From IMG/VR virus record IMGVR_UViG_3300045988_174992: 64,000 bases of DNA, one strand, 5' to 3'. The notes beneath the pieces are model-generated. The model was not told the origin of the DNA, ran no database searches, and worked only from the letters and a program-made list of their open reading frames with translations. The stretch comes from a virus. Of the stretch, positions 61,345 to 64,000 are shown one piece after another. Each line of letters starts with the position of its first letter. Within the stretch, counting starts at the first letter, position 1. Position numbers and translations under genes: made by a program.

Positions 61345-61719
61345 TCATCTCCTGCCACCAAAATTTTTATTCTTTGGATAAATAGGTCGGCTATCAACTC
61401 TACCAGGTACTCTTATATCTTTTCTTATATTTCCAAATCCATTATGTTTTGGTCTATATGATGGATGTTGAATCCAAACCGGATGATATGGGTCTCTTGG
61501 TGGTGGACAAACATAAACCGGTCTCCTTGGTGGAGGTGGCAAATGCCTTCTATGATATCCATACCAATAATCAGTATACCCATAAACTACATTGGTTGTA
61601 TGAGTACTTACAACTGGTACGTCAGGAGTAATACATGATGTATAAATGAAACAAGTAAATATTGCTAAACAAATGTCAAGCAATATGCCTTTAATCAAAA
61701 TTTTATTTTTCATATTCAA
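61345..61719 (-). CDS. membrane-anchored/lipoprotein-like Pro-rich protein (124 aa)
   Basis: Hydrophobic N-terminus ending in YTSC, then HLPPPPRRPVYVCPPPRDPYHP. Confidence 0.55.
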   Translation of the reverse strand: MNMKNKILIKGILLDICLAIFTCFIYTSCITPDVPVVSTHTTNVVYGYTDYWYGYHRRHLPPPPRRPVYVCPPPRDPYHPVWIQHPSYRPKHNGFGNIRKDIRVPGRVDSRPIYPKNKNFGGRR

Positions 61720-61721
61720 TT

Positions 61722-61955
61722 TTATTTTCTTCCTGCTGCTAAAGCATCACATAGCATATATGCATACTTTACACATCTTTTAGCAATAACTTTTGCTTTA
61801 GCATCTTGTACAGGTTTTAAATTACCGTTATTGTCAATATCATTTAATTGAGCAGAAGCCATTAATTGTATTGCTGTATCTTGTACAAATGCAAAAGCAC
61901 TTTTACCTTCTATTGTTATTTCACTATTTGTTGTATATGTAGATTGTTCTGGCAT
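61722..61955 (-). CDS. hypothetical 77-aa protein
   Basis: ORF track. Confidence 0.5.
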   Translation of the reverse strand: MPEQSTYTTNSEITIEGKSAFAFVQDTAIQLMASAQLNDIDNNGNLKPVQDAKAKVIAKRCVKYAYMLCDALAAGRK

Positions 61956-62019
61956 GCTATTATTTTCTTAAATATTTATATATTGAAAAATAGCAATATC
62001 ATACAGAAATAATTAATAT

Positions 62020-62637
62020 TTACATTTCAATGAATTTCTTATTATTACGATAAACTAACTTATCAACAAAGATTTTAGGAAGATCAGCATATTCCTTACG
62101 ACACCAATCATTGACACTAAGATGGCCAGTCAACCAGTTAGTATAATTAGACTTATCCAAACCAACAATCTTTCCTCTTGACTCATAATGTGCCATACTG
62201 AAGTTGTCCTTTCGCATCATTGCATTCAATGCTTTATTGATATGGCTAATCAAATCATTCAAATCATCATAAATGAAATATGTATGCTTTGACTTTCCTG
62301 TTTTAGTATTGTATAAAACATATCCCCAGTTGCTAATTCTCTTGTTGTTGCTATGGTACAAGAAAAGCTTATCATAGTAGTCAATTCCTTTAGTAAGGTG
62401 AATATCAAACACCATACAATTTGACTTTCTTCTGTTAAATACCATCAAATCTTCTACAATTGGTTTCCAATGCTTGTCATCATTAAGATCAAACGTCATT
62501 TCACCATAATTAGCAAATGATATATCCTTTACATGTCTAGTTTGTGAAAGAATCCAAATAATCTTGTTAGCTTCCTTCTCTTTGATTGGATCAACATTGA
62601 TATTCCAAAATTCAAACTCTAAATTATATTTCTTCAT
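62020..62637 (-). CDS. hypothetical protein (205 aa)
   Basis: ORF track. Confidence 0.55.
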   Translation of the reverse strand: MKKYNLEFEFWNINVDPIKEKEANKIIWILSQTRHVKDISFANYGEMTFDLNDDKHWKPIVEDLMVFNRRKSNCMVFDIHLTKGIDYYDKLFLYHSNNKRISNWGYVLYNTKTGKSKHTYFIYDDLNDLISHINKALNAMMRKDNFSMAHYESRGKIVGLDKSNYTNWLTGHLSVNDWCRKEYADLPKIFVDKLVYRNNKKFIEM

Positions 62638-62648
62638 AGTACCTCTAT

Positions 62649-63320
62649 TTACTTTTTATCTACTACCTTGTTATCTACTACCTTGTTATATTCCGCTCGC
62701 AACTTCTCGATATTGTCACACATAGAAGTCTCGTTACCTTTATTATCTTTTACTTTTTTGCAAGGTGAACCTGGTTCACCATACAACTTTACATAAATAG
62801 TATATGCTTCAGGAAACTCTTCCTTCAACTTGTTGATAGTTGTGATAGAACTTAATGTACAAGAAAGCTTATCAGACCAATCTTGCAAATCCAATCTCTT
62901 TATAGTAATGGTTTTGATTTTCTCTGCAATCTCTGGTGCATTCTTCTTAATGTATTCTACTAGTGTATCATCAAAATGAAAACCATGAATACTAACATCA
63001 TCAATCATCTTATTATAGATATTTTTTACATGAAAGCAAGGATAAGTATGATTCCATCTACTCCAAACGTCATATCTTTCTTTATCTTCCTTTGTCAAGA
63101 AATCATATCCATAAAATGTCACATCACCCTTATCAATAAGATGAGGATACTTCTTTTCAAACTCAAATACCTCATTTGGAATATCTTTCATAAATAATGC
63201 AGTAAGTTCACTTTCTACATTTGACATTATTGGTTTGTATTCTTTCTCAACAACATTTTTAGTCATTACACGAACCACACCTTCTCTTTCTGCTTTTGAA
63301 AACTTCTTATAAGCTACCAT
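62649..63320 (-). CDS. hypothetical protein, paralog of 990..1748
   Basis: Shared C-terminal motifs; see 990..1748. Confidence 0.65.
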   Translation of the reverse strand: MVAYKKFSKAEREGVVRVMTKNVVEKEYKPIMSNVESELTALFMKDIPNEVFEFEKKYPHLIDKGDVTFYGYDFLTKEDKERYDVWSRWNHTYPCFHVKNIYNKMIDDVSIHGFHFDDTLVEYIKKNAPEIAEKIKTITIKRLDLQDWSDKLSCTLSSITTINKLKEEFPEAYTIYVKLYGEPGSPCKKVKDNKGNETSMCDNIEKLRAEYNKVVDNKVVDKK

Positions 63321-63324
63321 AATT

Positions 63325-63921
63325 TTACTTTTCTAAAATGTTTCTTAAATAATCTATTACATATTCAATATTCTCTTCTGTAAAGTCATATACTTCACGT
63401 TTCTGCAACTTGCTATTTACAGCTTGAATAAATGTAGACTTATCAAGTTTGTTTCCAAACTTGTTCTGTACTTTCTCATATACACCATATATCTGTTGCA
63501 AGTCATCATGCAAGTCACCAGAATACTCCATTGGAAACTCTTCATCTGGAAAACTTGCTGTCCAAATATAGTTCAAACCATTTCTAAGAATATTCCAAAC
63601 ATACATATCATGAACTATAATATCATCATATTGCAATTTAGACAATGGATAAGCTTCTTGCAATGTTATTGATGCACTATCTGTCTTTACTTCACCATTA
63701 TCATCTATATAGAACCAAGATAAATAAAATGCAGTTTTGCAATAGCTTAATACATCTCTGAATATTCTCTGTTTCTTAAGATATTCATAGAATTCTTTTG
63801 TATTCAATGCTTGAAACTGGTCCGGATTATCCTCATCTCTAATATAGAGCACTGGACAACCTTTGTTTGGACCAACAAGCACACCATCATTTACAATTGA
63901 TATAGCTGTTGTTAAATTCAT
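63325..63921 (-). CDS. hypothetical protein (198 aa)
   Basis: ORF track. Confidence 0.55.
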   Translation of the reverse strand: MNLTTAISIVNDGVLVGPNKGCPVLYIRDEDNPDQFQALNTKEFYEYLKKQRIFRDVLSYCKTAFYLSWFYIDDNGEVKTDSASITLQEAYPLSKLQYDDIIVHDMYVWNILRNGLNYIWTASFPDEEFPMEYSGDLHDDLQQIYGVYEKVQNKFGNKLDKSTFIQAVNSKLQKREVYDFTEENIEYVIDYLRNILEK

Positions 63922-63956
63922 TTTTCTAAATTAAGCAAAATTAAATTATATATTGA

Positions 63957-64000
63957 CTAATCCCAATATCTTGTACTATAACCATCCCCAAGTTCACCAA
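63957..64000 (-). CDS. 3' end of a minus-strand gene cut by the window edge (...GELGDGYSTRYWD-stop)
   Basis: Hand translation; TAG stop at 63957-63959; only 14 codons are visible. Confidence 0.3.
   Translation of the reverse strand, partial: GELGDGYSTRYWD

Noticed and set aside
1-64000. Stop-codon reassignment (as in some large gut phages)
   Set aside because: Genes of up to 6.2 kb are uninterrupted under the standard code. TAA, TAG and TGA all occur as terminal stops at sensible gene ends. No suppressor-anticodon tRNA was found among the tRNAs I could fold.

Overview
This window is a 64-kb fragment of a strongly AT-rich tailed dsDNA phage genome, with no cellular housekeeping genes, integrase or CRISPR. 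All homology calls are from reading the sequence and remembered family motifs; no searches were run. The recognisable core is T4-like. It includes a gp20-like portal (28843..30627) and a gp17-like large terminase (32373..35174), whose Walker-A loop is split by a 214-aa Hint/intein-like insertion. It also includes a gp5/gpV-like spike OB domain, a LysM-like baseplate protein and two tandem giant fibre genes built from YadA-head-like SHAEG repeats.

Plus-strand structural blocks (3.7-24.7 kb, 28.8-35.2 kb, and two giant ORFs at 45-56 kb) alternate with minus-strand early-type blocks (0-3.6 kb, 24.7-28.7 kb, 58-64 kb). The minus-strand blocks carry a DEDDh exonuclease, a FEN/T4 RNase H-like nuclease, a YqeY-like protein, a Pol-beta-fold nucleotidyltransferase and many small unknown proteins.

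A 7.3-kb minus-strand tRNA island (37.2-44.5 kb) holds 25 hand-folded tRNAs covering all 20 amino acids, plus one anticodon-less tRNA-like paralog. It also carries a free-standing PD-(D/E)xK-type homing endonuclease candidate and several long structured spacers that no tRNA model explains.

Eight copies of TTTGAAAT-N11-13-GTTCTATATT precede minus-strand units. This fits a Bacteroidota-type -33/-7 promoter, so a Bacteroidota host is inferred.

The most interesting unexplained signals are:
- Five proteins share a 10-residue N-terminal leader that matches the T4 capsid-targeting/prohead-protease pattern.
- A 94-nt structured element occurs twice, 31.5 kb apart.
- The terminase insertion is atypical for an intein.
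- Covarying palindromic elements sit upstream of plus-strand operons.
- The tRNA island contains non-canonical tRNAs and spacer RNAs.
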